Shown in pieces: positions 11,346-23,816 of a stretch of DNA of 64,000 nt. Below the pieces are notes generated by a model, which was not told the origin of the DNA, searched no databases, and saw nothing but the letters and a program-made list of their open reading frames with translations. A program made the translations under genes and the position numbers. How positions within the stretch are numbered: position 1 is the first letter of the stretch; each line of letters opens with the position of its first letter. This DNA is from Setoptus koraiensis (lineage: Eukaryota > Animalia > Arthropoda): NCBI GenBank assembly GCA_048013815.1, contig CM106586.1, forward strand, positions 10,292,001 to 10,356,000. Reading direction: 5' to 3'.

Positions 11346-12572
11346 ACGCGAGTTTGCGGCTGGCAGTGGCGATATCTTGCCAAATCTGGCACCCGATGAA
11401 ATTGAAGAATTTCTGTGATTATGTAAATAAAAAAGTGATCTTGATCGAGATTCAAATCTCTTCTCGCTGGCTGGACGCAAGCAATTCATTATCACGAACA
11501 CAAGTTGCCGGGTGGCTGCGTTTGGCCGGTTCCGGGTGAGCGAATATGAGCAAGCGAGCAATGGCTGTGAATATCGAGCAATGTGTATGTGTGTTGGCTG
11601 TGAATATCGAGCAATGGCAGCGAAAAAGCGTCTCGAGATAACATTTGATTAATGAGCGCCTGTTGATCGCCGATAATAACGGTAATAATGATATAATGAA
11701 TGGCCGGCGAGTTTGCCTAGTTTGTTGTTGCTGATAATGCGAGCGACGGTTGGCTAAAATGTGTCCGCCGCCGCCGACGACGACAACCTGTTCCGTTGCG
11801 TCCTCTGGCCAGCTAATCAAACGTTAACGATCAGCGAGCAAGCTGTTTATCCGGCTGAATATGGCAGTCGGCGCTGGCACACTTGCCGGCGCTCATTAGC
11901 CGACTACTACCGCTTTCACTGTTAATTCCAATTTCAATTTCAATTTTGAATCTAATTCTAATTTCAATCTCGCCATTGCCACCAGTGCTACCCGATGATC
12001 ACGACCTGATCACGATAATCGTCCAGCTTGATTCATGTTGACTCTCTCTCTCTCTCGCTCTGCCTCCCTCGCTTGGCAACAATCGGGCGTTATTATTTGT
12101 GCGCGCTATAATTGTGTTGCAATAAAAATATTAACCGTTGCAATAACGGTTAACATGTTTATAAACATTATCGACTCGCCGGGCAGCCCGCGACAGGGAA
12201 ATGACTCGTTGATGGCGTTGTTAGTGGCAGCGAGATCGATTCAAAGCCAACGGGAACAGCAAGTGGATCGGAAGTGGGCAGGCGCGACAGGATGAATATT
12301 TAATAGTCACGGTACTCACACAGGTGATGTGGTCACTTATCAATCTGTTGCTCTGGGCCATTACGTATATTGTGCATATTGTGTGTATTATGTATATCGT
12401 GTGTATTATGTATATTGTGTATATTTGATTATGACGACAACGCATTACGTAACGCCGGCCAGTGACAGCAGCTGATAAGCGTTACGGTATTGCTACTAGT
12501 GCAACATTGTTGTGCCGTGATACTGGCGTGCGCATTACACAATAGTGTTGCTGCCATGTGACCGTCGCCATA

Positions 12573-12656
12573 CATTCGAATACGACGGCCATCCATTCGA
12601 ATACGACGGCCATCCATTCGAATACGACGGCCAGTCATTTGATTACGACAGCCAGT
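12573..12656. repeat. 21-bp tandem repeat x4 (CATTCGAATACGACGGCCATC), last copy degenerate
   Basis: Read directly from the sequence. Confidence 0.9.
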
Positions 12657-13126
12657 GGGAGGGCGAGCCGCGACAACGCTCTCACCTGTGCTGTCGCCAA
12701 TCGCCGATTGCCACTCACCTGTCGCCCGTCGCCAGCTGCCTGTGGCCTGTTGCGCACCCTTGCGCTCCTCACCTGAGCTAGCCGCTAACTCATCTATTTA
12801 GCTCAATTGCTTCTCACTCATGATTTCCTAACGTTGAACGATTTCCTGCCGTTGGCCGGCCCCCATCGGCAATGCGAGATGGCGAGATGGCGCTGCCAAG
12901 TGGTCAACAAGCACCAATATAAACAATATTTGTTGTCCGACCGCCGATCACTTGACCATTAGTCCGCGTTGCGCAAACATTGCAGAGGCAAAAGTAAACA
13001 GCAAACAGTAGCAAACATTAAGCAAACAGCAACCAAATAACAACAGCAAGTGCCCCAATTCATCAGTGCAATAGCAGCCGCAAGTCCGCAATATCCAGCC
13101 GGGAATCATTAGTGTGTATAAGCAAA

Positions 13127-13535
13127 ATGAGGTCATTTAAAGTGTTCACCCTTTACGCCCTCCTCGCGCTCGTCTTCATGTCGGCCATATTTCACACAAA
13201 CCAAAACAGAGGTGTCGAGGCCGGCAAAAAGAAGATAATGAAAAACATTTTCATGGCCGCCCTGCTGCTAAATGGCGGCAAGAAGATCGTGCTACCGCTG
13301 CCCATTCCGCTGCCCGTGCCGTAAGTATTTGGCGCTCCCGAGAAAGCCAACGCATCACCATATATCTACTACATATATATACAGACTTTGAATGACTTTA
13401 TCCATGTCCACTCTCTAAAATAAATCTCTCTACAACTCATGGTCCTGAAATCTGAATTCACTGTGAATCAGCGTGCTCAAGCAAACCCAGCCAGTCTACT
13501 ACCAGCAACAGTCTTACCAGCAATCCTACTATTAG
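13127..13535 (+). CDS. Small secreted Lys/Pro/Tyr-rich peptide, 85 aa
   Basis: Exons 13127..13320 and 13472..13535, intron GTAAGT...AATCAG. Product: MRSFKVFTLYALLALVFMSAIFHTNQNRGVEAG-KKKIMKNIFMAALLLNGGKKIVLPLPIPLPVPVLKQTQPVYYQQQSYQQSYY. Signal-peptide-like N-terminus. Confidence 0.75.
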
Positions 13536-14205
13536 TCGACTATTAGACTACTATTGGAGACTCGACCAACCGAGACTCGCTATTGATGGCCGCACAAGCT
13601 CACAAGCAAACAGATACTTGTTAAGAGAGACACTTGTTGGTCAATCCCACCACAATTCCCACACCGTTCCCAACACTGATCGGTCAGTGCATCACACTAA
13701 TTGCAGCCAATTGACAGTTCCCCCCCGACAGAAATTCAAATTCAGTCACATTCACAGGATACCTCAAGCAGAACGAAGAGCTAATTGGTGCAATGTAAGG
13801 CGAAACGAAGTTGCTGCTGTAAATGGCATTTTGTCAGCAACTTGTTCCGTCGACGCCACTCTTGGCCCGGACTATATAATCTAAACTATAAAATATACAA
13901 CTGGAATCAGTACCCATGCCAGCCATCGTTAGCATAATTAGTTACTATTAGATTGTGTTATTTGGTGCATCATCATTATAAACTAAGAAGAAAGATATAG
14001 TAATAATCAAGTTTCTGTAGAACGCATTGTGCAAATAAACACGAGCTCCTAACCAGTGTATAAATTGATCTTGAAAACGTCATATTCTATTCTAACGATA
14101 TACTGTCTAATAGCACCTTCACGTCTTAGTCTAGTTGAAGAGATAGATCGATCAAAGAATGGAAACGCATCAATGAGAGTTGCAGCCTGGTCTTTATGGT
14201 ATCAT

Positions 14206-15473
14206 TCAGACCTCAATACTATGACTCGATCTTCTCTTGTAAAATCTATCCATAGTCTCTAAAATGAGTTCAGTATCTAATTCTTCTCTTTGTTGAGACA
14301 CCTTCGTTTCAGAGTTGTCGGACAATTCTTGCGAAATCGTATGCGTTGAAGGTTCACAAAACGATGATGACTGAGACTCTTGCAACCCGACCGCGCTCTG
14401 ATTGTTCGCTGTTTCAGATTTCAAATTACTGTGAAACTCATCATCGTAGCTCACATCTTCCTCCTGAGATATTCTTTGTACAGCTGGACAATCGTTAGAT
14501 ATCGGTCCCTTGGAAGCAATGGTTTCCTCGACCAAGTCATAGTTTGGCGAGTAACATGGATTCGAAGCTATTTCATTCTTACACAATTGATTGTGTAACT
14601 GATGGCACATAAGCGGTTTGCTAGCAGAATCAACAAGTCTCATGTTTGTTAGCCCATTGCTGTAGGTTGTATTGTCATCATCGTGGCTCAAAGTCTGACC
14701 GTCACTCACTGATACGTGTTCGTGGCTCCACCTGATTTCTTTATAGTTGGAAGGGACCGTTCTCTGTATGGATTTTCCCTGAGCTGTCGACACAGTATCT
14801 GTCTTATGGTGATCGCCGAGAACGTTGTGAGTAGTCATATCGTTCGGTAACGAAGAGATAGAACTGCCAATCGCGTTGGGAGGTTTAAATTTATTTATCT
14901 GATAGGAGCAGCTCGTCATGGTGGTACATTGTCCAGAACAATCTGTATAATTGCTAAAAGTTAAATTTGGCCGGCTAGAAAACTTTGGAGCTACATTGTG
15001 TTTGGGTGGGCTCACTTCGAGGCATGACTTGTGATGGTCCGAACATTTCGTTTGGTAAATCTGATGATTGTTGGTGTTACCGGCTCGCTGGAGATAATTA
15101 TTCAGCATTTGTAGTCGCTTATTTTGCCATTCTATTCTAGGGTCTTCCAGTTGATTCTTCCTTTCTATGTGATTTGCGAAATAAAAACCTTTTCACACCA
15201 AATGAGATGTTAGAGGTTGAGGTTAGTTTGAGTGAGGATTCCGATAAAAATTATTCCTCAGTATTAGTGTTGATGCTTACCTATCTTCGGATCATACAAT
15301 TTTTCCCAACCGTAGGGCAGTTGATCGCCAGAACAATCCGCAAAAGATGCTGGCTTGGTGATGAAAGGATGAAGCCATTGTGTTGTCTTTAGTCTATGGT
15401 TTACCCAATACATTCTTGAGTCCGAATCAAGTGCTGGCTCCCATTCTTTGTCGTCGCCAATATCCGTAGACAT
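14206..15473 (-). CDS. kibra: Short Kibra/WWC-like protein, copy 1 (391 aa): tandem WW domains + low-complexity tail
   Basis: Exons 15473..15281 and 15188..14206, 92-nt GTAAGC...AAAG intron, in frame. WEPALDSDSRMYWVNHRLKTTQWLHP-FITKPASFADCSGDQLPYGWEKLYDPKIGFYFANHIERKNQLEDPRIEWQNKRLQMLNNYL parallels KIBRA [59 protein letters not shown] (recalled), including the atypical WW2 lacking the second Trp. Confidence 0.85.
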
Positions 15474-16243
15474 GACGACTATGTCAGATGAGGAAATTTA
15501 TTTTGATGATGAAAATCTTTGAATATCCGAATTATATTTACACATAATTACATCAGTAATGAGAACCGATCTTTTATGCGGTCAAAAAACCGTCATTGAA
15601 TCAGACTGGTCATCTGTTGATGCGTGCACCATTCTACGCTGATGCGCGCATCAATATTGTCGTCCAACTTGAACGGTTCAAGTAGCCGTGTAATTTTTGT
15701 TGTTGTACTATGATTGTTAGAAACATTGTTTGTCAAGTAAAAGATCGGTTGTTATAGTTAGCAATTTATTATTATTTCAAATTCTGTCAGTTCAACAGTT
15801 TATAAATGTTGTTGTCAATCATGGATACAATAACTATAAGTCTTTGTCGTCTGTCTCAAGTTCGATACTCATTTAATATCGATTGGGCATCAACGTATTG
15901 GCCGGATGGGTAACTTTTCTTGATTTGTCTTCCATTTATCCTGATCGTCCCTTCTTGCTTCGGGTGTTAATTGGTTCCTCAAACCAACGAGAACGTTTTG
16001 TGCACCTTCCGTTACGGATATAATTGGATTTAATAATGTAGACGGTATGTGACGAACTAATTCACCCATAGCGCCGCGCATATCATCGGCCTGCATACCG
16101 GCGGCCACATTTCGAACAGTGTCATTGAAACCTTCTCTCATTATCGTATAAGCTTGTGTCATGCCCTCGCAAAAGTTCCTCGGTTGATTCAAAATCATAT
16201 GATGGTTATTACTTGATCCTCGATGCCTTCCATTCTGCATGTT
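14206..16243. repeat. Segmental duplication copy A (pairs with 27964..30010, offset ~13.77 kb)
   Basis: Near-identical sequence over ~2.04 kb. Identity ends abruptly after CCATTCTGCATGTT (16243/30010). Confidence 0.95.
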
Positions 16244-16273
16244 AGCGAGAGAACAGCAGTGTCTTGATGTCAT
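15890..16273 (-). pseudogene. Duplicated ATG2 C-terminal fragment (last ~117 codons) fused to a fortuitous upstream ATG
   Basis: The 127-aa ORF is MTSRHCCSLA followed by NMQNG...PIRPIR, identical in protein to the end of ATG2 at 29657-30010. Expression is unknown. Confidence 0.8.
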
Positions 16274-16895
16274 CTATTCTTTATCTGGCGGGCGCGTTCT
16301 TCTCGAACGCACATTAACATAGTATAAAGAGCAGCGCTCTGTGTGCGATGGGCGGCAGTAATGAAAGAGTTTATACTCAATTTCGATTCAAGTGTGAACA
16401 ACAATACAACAATTACAACAACAGCAATAACTACAACAACAACAAATGCTCAAATGAATAATGGTTCAACTTTATGTATTGCGCTTGCGAGCATCTAGCG
16501 ACTATGCGAGCTGATAAACACGGTTAATAATTACGTAAACGGTACACGATACAACGGTGCGGCGTAGTTTGTGCTCGTGTTAGGGTACAATTTATAGTTT
16601 ATAGTGTTGTGTTATAACAGTTTCATATTGTTTTATAGTGTTGCTTCCATCCGTCGTGTTTGCCCTGCGCATTTAACGTTTTCACTTCTCGCCAGCGTCT
16701 AACGGCCAACAGCTTGATTTGGTTGATTTTTTCCAAGTTAAAACGCGTAGTCGCAGTGAGTTAGTCGTAAGCAGCAAATTCGCGAGCAAATTCTCGCCTC
16801 TCGCAATACGCAACTCTCAACAGTAGCTCACAAATAGCAGGCAACTCAACACGCAAAAATAGTGTTACCTAGCAAAATAGTTGCTACTTTTAGTG

Positions 16896-17033
16896 ATGGA
16901 CAGTAGCGATAATAGCGACAGCAGCAACAACAACAACAGCAAGAATCCAGCCAGTTATTATGTCTCGACGATCGACATGGATGGTCAGTTGTTTCAGCAC
17001 GAACAGCAAGCTTGCGAAGCTTTGTTATTTTGT

Positions 17034-17064
<31 letters not shown>

Positions 17065-20000
17065 AGCAATTGCTAATTGGCCAGCAGCACCTAGATCAGC
17101 ATCAATATCTAGACGAAGATCCGTCATGCAACGATTCGGCCGCAATACTATTGCAACAGCAACAATCCGTCAGTTTACAAGCAACGATTGATACCATTTC
17201 AGGCGCTGGTTTGTACCAGCAACAGTACGCAATAGCCAGTAATCATCATCACCAGCAACAGCAGCAGCAGCAATTAGTTTTAGATGAGGCTGACAATATC
17301 AGTTTTTGCCACAATCAGAATCAGATTGATGCACCAAATCATATCGACGACAATCACAGTGATGAATACAGTAACAATGGTATCATATTGCCACTGTTGC
17401 GAAGCGAACCGTTTAGTGTTGAGCAACTTAATGACAACAGTGTCATCATCAAGTATTACCGAGACGACGATCTTAAGCAATTGATTTGTGATCATTTTAA
17501 ATTGTCGCTGAGTAGCCTGACGCTGCACTCCACCGAACAACAATCGTCGTCGCAACAGCAGCATCATCAACTACAACTACATCAGCAATGTAGTGGAACA
17601 GCAACAACGACAACTACGAAAATCATCAGTTGTCCGTCATCTTCGCAACTCGATCAACAAACGAAACAATCAACGTCTTCGCCAACGAGCCTTGCCCATC
17701 ATCGAGCCAACAAGACGAGGAGGCCGAGACAGCAGCAGCAACAGAATCAAAACGTCAGACACAGACAAGTGAAACAGGAACCACAAGCGGTAGCAGTGGC
17801 ATCTCGACTGGATAAGTGTGAGTATCTCATCGAATCACAAGCAAAACTAATCACCAAGAATAATCCGAATGCGAATGATATCCGCTGCTCGTTTGCTCGT
17901 TTGCATTATTATTATGGCGCCATTATTACTATTTGTGGCACCGTGTTCTTGACTATTTAATCCTCTTCGATTTGCTAACTTCATTGTTTGCTCTTTTGGT
18001 TAGCCGGCGGTGATGCAGTCTGATGTAGTAGCTTCGATGTAGATGTAGTAGCTGTTACAACTGTGGGCTACTGTTCGAATTCATTGTGCTGTCACATAAA
18101 TAGATATATTTTTTTTTTCAGATTTCAAGCACCGTCACTGTCTGCTATTAACCATTATGATCCGCCGTCAACATCACCACCAACAACGACGACAACAACA
18201 AGTCATCGTGACATCATAACGTTTTGGCGTTATGTCTTACGTTTTGTTTTGTTTTGTCTTGTCTTGTTTTGTCTCGAGTGTGCGGCGGCGCCCGCCGAAT
18301 TGAGAGTCAGACAAGAGTGACAGACAGAGGAACACGTCAAGATGGTGAACAAACAAACAAAGAAACAAAGAAATAAAAACAATGCAATCAATTACAACAC
18401 ACCAAATGGATAAATAAGCCATTGAGATGATCGCGCGACAACGACAACGATGATCATTGTCGTCCATATGTGAGCTAATGTAGCAACTTCATGATAAATT
18501 GAACAACGTATAATTACATAATGATACAGCGATAAAACATCATCATCATGATCATATACTCGTGTTCGTGTACCATCTACTCTAGTTATCACAGTGTTAC
18601 GCCATAACAGCTTTACATGAACCATACCACTACTGTCGCTGCTGTTGTCGCTGTTGTCGCCGTTGTCGCCGTTGTTGTTGTTGTTGTTGTTGTTTGTTGT
18701 TGTGTCTCGGCGTAACGTTATTTTAGACGTTTTTTAGTGCGACTAGTTTTTTAGCGCCAGTCAGTCTAGTTAGTTAGTTGTCAAAGAAGCATGACGCTCT
18801 GTTATGAGCTGTTTAACTTTTTACTACTATTTGCCAAATTATGCTCATCATCGTTCTCGCTCTCTCAAGACAAGTATCTCTGCAAGACACGATTTAATTT
18901 ACTAGTTGTTACTTTTGAGTTGTGCACCATACAGTATACTAATAGTGACGCATTTCTTCTTATTATATTTTTAACCCTTTTACGCAACCTTTATCGTCAC
19001 CCTTTCACTCTGTCATGCTCTCATTCGCCGCTAATCAATTTAGCTGCCTACACGACGACCCCAACAGCGCAACAATTACAATATAATCATTCGCAACAAG
19101 CACGCCAACTAGGTGACAACAATAACAATGGCAACAATACATGTAATAATAACATTAACGGGCCATCGGACTATGGCGACCCTGTTGATGCCAGCGGCCG
19201 GCTAGCGCCAACGGTCTTGGCCCCCGCCGATATTTGCAGCGGGCCAGCCGATATTTGCAGCGGGCCAGCCGATATTTGCAGCGGGTCAGCGCCTGATGAA
19301 AATGATGCCATCATGAGCGAGCCAGACGCCGATCACAATGGGACCACTATTATCGAAGCGGCCGGCTCCATCAACCTGGCGGGCGCCCCCGACGGCTACA
19401 CCAACAAACCACATCCACAGCAAGCCACCGGTCAGCACCATTACGGGCCGGTGCATCGGCTGCCGGCGGGCGACGGTCAGCCATTGCCATCGATTAGGAA
19501 CCAACAACAGCAACAGCAGCAGCAGCAGCAACTTTGCGGGACGTTGCTGTTCTCCTGCCAGCAACAGCAACAACAGCAACAACAACCGCTACATAACCAA
19601 CACCTCAGTGCTCATCAGCCGCTAGATCATCATCTAGATCAGCAGCATAATGATCCGAATCATAATGAGCAACAGCAATATTTGAATACGCACGATTACG
19701 TGCACAATTGTGGCCCATTTATCGACATTGTTCACCGGTTGGATCAAAACAATCAGCACCATTTGAGCACCAGTCACAATGAGTCGCAACAACAACAAAA
19801 TCACCACTCGATCTACAGCAGCAGCCAAAACAATGGCTGCCCCTTGAACGAGCTCAGCAGCCTGACTGTTTCAGAGACTGTACAACAGACCACAACCACC
19901 AGTCTGCAAACAACAATTGGACCCTATCACCTTCACGATGACCAGCACCAGCAATATCATGCACCGATGTCGGCCAACGAGCAGGCCTACCAGCAACAGC

Positions 20001-20413
20001 ATCACAGCTTCCATCGTCAGCAGCAGCAGCAGCAATATTTAGACGATGATTATTCGCACAATTGCTCGCCATTCGCCCTCAATTCCGTCCGTCTTGGTCA
20101 GCAAAACAATCACCATTTAAGCAGCCACGAATCACAGGAACAAAATCATCATTCGATATACACCAACACCAGTCCGTTAGTGGACAGTGTCCAGCCTGTG
20201 GCCGCACACACAAGTAGCGCTGGCCCGGCCGTCGATGGTCACTATCATCACCATCAACAGCAACACTATGGCGCCAGTATGGCAAGCGGCGAGCAGTTGC
20301 TGCTGGACAATGGCGACGCCAATATTTGTCACCAAAATCAAGGTGCAATTGTGTTGCAAATCAACAAACCAACGGACGGTGGTGCGTACAGGTTCCCCCC
20401 GTACACTTCATGA
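16896..20413 (+). CDS. Gln/His/Asn-rich intrinsically disordered protein with internal repeats (tentative two-exon model, ~763 aa)
   Basis: Two long ORFs (16881..17960, 18791..20413). The phase-1 donor GTGAGT at 17818 and the acceptor GCTAATCAATTTAG ending 19043 join in frame. The two ORFs share motifs (QYLDE/DD..C, LD..D.N..CH.Q). An alternative acceptor at 18121 is possible. No folded domain recognised. Confidence 0.45.
19226..19288 (+). repeat. 21-bp coding tandem repeat x3 (ADICSGP)
   Basis: GCCGATATTTGCAGCGGGCCA x3, read directly. Confidence 0.9.
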
Positions 20414-22042
20414 TGTGATATTGTGAGATTGAGCAGCAACCACATTTGCGCAATTAAATCACCGGTGGCTCTCATGACCATCGGCCATCCTCATTTGCCT
20501 CTTCTGGCCTCTTTTCTGTTCGCTGCGCGTCTGCATTTCGCTCGCCGTTTGCATCTCGCTCGCGGCCACTAACCGTCGCCGATGAAACCGCTCCAGTTCA
20601 TCGCCCCCGGCCGGTTGACCGTCCGTCCGTCCGTCTTGTGTTCGGGGCCCCATTTTCGCGTAATCGATCGGCGTCATACGACAGCGCGCGATCGATACGG
20701 GTACGTGTTGGCGCGTTGTTGCCGGCTGCAGTATAGGCCAGACACTCAATCTGACAGTGGCACCAACAACGACAGCAGCAACAACGACAGCGGCAACAAC
20801 AACAGCAGCAACAACAACAGCGGCAGCAACCGGGCAACACCAAAACAACGACAAACTGACTTGTGATATCGGCCCGCTGACACTGTCACACTGATATTGA
20901 CACTGACAGGCAGCAACTTGCGCGCAATCAAAAAATTCAATATGTCATACATGGCCAACATGGCGCCGCTGTCCGATCGGTGCAACCACTTGCCAAACAA
21001 CTAACGTCTCGCGCCCGGCGCGTGCTCACGATGATGATCAATAATAATAATAATAATAATAATAGTCAAGCGCGATAATGAATTTTGGCGCTGATGAAAC
21101 AAGCAGCCCTATAGTTATCGCATTAGTACACGGGTGCATGATGTAGTTGTTGCTGTCGTTGTTGTTGTTGTTGTTGTTGTTGCTGCTGCTGTTGTGCGTC
21201 GGTGTCGTGTGGCCGGCCGCAATGGCCGTAGATGCCCTGTCGTCCGGGCGTTCGTTGTTTGCTGTCAGACGGGCAACAGACTCGCTCTGTAGTCTATATC
21301 TGGGCCAGTTCTTGAAAGAACCGCCACCACTACCGACAACAACAACCGATATTAATAACAACAGCGCCGACGACAATAACAATAATAAAATTGCCCCTAA
21401 GAGTGCTAGATGCAACGATATATGATATCATTTGATTCTGGCCCCTCGCACGCACTATCGCTCGACGTTGTCGCTGTCGCTGTTGTCTCCGTCGTTGTTG
21501 TTGTTGTTGTTGTTTTGGCCCCAACTTTCCGAGCGGTAGTATCTATAATACAAGTCGGCGCTCGTGTTTTTCATTGTGTGTATTCGTACGTCCGCGCTTG
21601 TGTGTATACAAGTGTGTGCGCGTCAATCTATTACGTAACCTCTGATAGTGGCCTCACCGCCACTATCACTGTCGCCTCCACTGGAGTGTCGACACCGATG
21701 CAACTGACTTTGCTGCTGCTGCTGCTGCCTCAATTGATAGCAATAGTTGAACATGGCAGTAGTAATTGATTATTGTGCGCATCATTGCCCCGTGCAAGTG
21801 CGACCCGCCAGCCAGCCAGCCATCGTGTTGTCGCCAACAAACACACAAATTGCGCAATACCCAAACCTTTGCAAACTCCCATCCATTGGGCACCCCATAA
21901 TAACTTGTAAACAATGGAGAGTCAAGCGTGTAGGTGGCTCAGCCAACTATATCATTTAATTTGGCCCCCTGTTTGACGGTAATTTGGGCACCGCGAAAAC
22001 AATTAATGTGCGCCGCCTCGGCTTGTGTTTGCACCGGTCACA

Positions 22043-22170
22043 AGTAGCTACAACAGCGGTCAAACTAGCGATCAAGATATCGGTGGGGCCACTGTAAAAT
22101 TAAATACCTATGATATGGTCTCCTATGGCGGCTCTTGACAGTATTCGTTACCCAACGGGTTCGGAGTATT
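22043..22170 (+). pseudogene. Orphan decayed fragment of the DESI2 5' coding region
   Basis: AGTAGCTACAACAGCGGTCAAACTAGCGATCAAGATATCGG...GGGTTCGGAGTATTT matches 9263-9386 with indels. Confidence 0.85.
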
Positions 22171-23084
22171 TATAATTAAATTTCAGAAGATTCTGATGAG
22201 CTTAAGCCAAAATTGAGCAAGAGTTGAGCGAAGCCGCAACAAACTAGTGATAAAAATTTTCGCGATCTGTTCGTTCAGGAACGCGAAAGAGTGAGAATGT
22301 AAGCGAACGAAGGTCCAAATAGAGTGTTGAATCGATCGAACACATCAAAGGCTCTGTGTCGAAGAGAACCGTTTGTTGAAATAAGCATTCATTAGAGTTT
22401 GAGAACAATTTAAGTCCAGTCCACTTTTGGACGCATCACATCTTATTTGATATCATCCTCCACAATGGTGACTATTGCGAAAATCGATTTCTTATTGATA
22501 AACCCTCAAACATACAATCACTGTATGCTATTTGAAATTGGTGTAATATGTTGGCGCTACTACAAAGAGTCCATTTCATTTATTTATCATATTAAGAGCA
22601 ACAATCAAGCCCACATGCAATTGCTAACTGCACCTAGAACGAATAAACAAATTATGCCAAGCGGATTCGTTGATCAAGACACCTCTGAATAGACGGGAGG
22701 AGGGGGAAAAGCTTGAGAAATCCAAAAAGATGGCCTCCAAGCTCGTGCAAACACGCAGAGATGTACAAATTCGATAGTACATAAACCGAGAGAGCTGAGA
22801 AACTTTACGATGATTATGTGGAGAGTGGCATCAATCCGTTATGGATAATGAAGTCGTCATGCAGGATACATCAGGGATCCAAAATCGGTTGGTTTCGATT
22901 CTCTTTTGTTTTCTACTTCGGTTTACTACACAAAAATTATGAGAGCATTCTAAATTTATCTCTGTCTGTTCCTTCTAGACACGACTGTATATCGACTAGA
23001 AATTCAACAATAAATATGATACGATAACAGTTATTCTTTTAGCAAAGGCCAAGCTAACTAGACGATGTTCCGTCGCGATCACAT

Positions 23085-23321
23085 CTATTTAGACTGCGAT
23101 TCTTGTGAAATCTTGGCATCTTCCATTTCACGGTGCTCCAAATTTATCAATTCTTCGGAGTTGGTCAACCCCATTGCTCTGAGCGCACTGTGTTTCATCT
23201 CATTCGATGTCGGATTAAATACGCTGGTCTGAGTGAATACTAGATAAATAAATGTAGGGAAAGCAAAATAGATCAATAACTTCGATCTCTCAAACCGGTG
23301 GCGAGGCGTTCTTACGGGCAT
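23085..23321 (-). CDS. PET100: PET100-like cytochrome c oxidase assembly factor, 78 aa
   Basis: FERSKLLIYFAFPTFIYLVFTQTSVF aligns without gaps to recalled human PET100 LEIFRMIIYLTFPVAMFWVSNQAEWF. Single TM, charged C-terminal tail, matching length. Head-to-head with the ALT gene. Confidence 0.7.
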   Translation of the reverse strand: MPVRTPRHRFERSKLLIYFAFPTFIYLVFTQTSVFNPTSNEMKHSALRAMGLTNSEELINLEHREMEDAKISQESQSK

Positions 23322-23816
23322 TCTCGTGCTCCAGTTGTAATTACGAGGATTCTTCGATCGACAGTGTTAGAGATTAGCCTAAAATACCAAGTTACTGTTG
23401 CATTGAGTCCAAATATTTGCTTATTGGAGTGGATTTGGCGAGTTGGGGTCAAGCTTTCGATCTTGGATTCTGTGTTTACTCGAGAATAGAAAAAACATCT
23501 GTTTTTGGCACCAAAAATAAAGCAAGCGCACGCACTCCGTGCAGCGGATAAATAGTGTAGCTATAGTGACATCATCGTGATAATTTTAGACTCTTAACCT
23601 TCGTTGCTGTTGTGGGCAGAAAACTAAAAAATTGCGACTCTGTTCTTATATCCGTCTTTAGCAACATTCATTGGAGTGTAATCTCAACATTAATCATAAT
23701 CTCAAATTCTATCCAGTAACTGCCCCAGAAACTCAAATTGTATTTGGAAATTAGATTTGGAAAGATAAAAAATAGTCCGGGTATAAATTCAAGTGCAATT
23801 AATCTCATCCTCAAAA

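Noticed and set aside
15264-15473. WW region as Yorkie, Salvador or MAGI
   Set aside because: The inter-WW linker (TKPASFADC.GDQLP.GWE), atypical WW2 end (NQLEDPR) and following EW...QML..YL match Kibra/WWC specifically.
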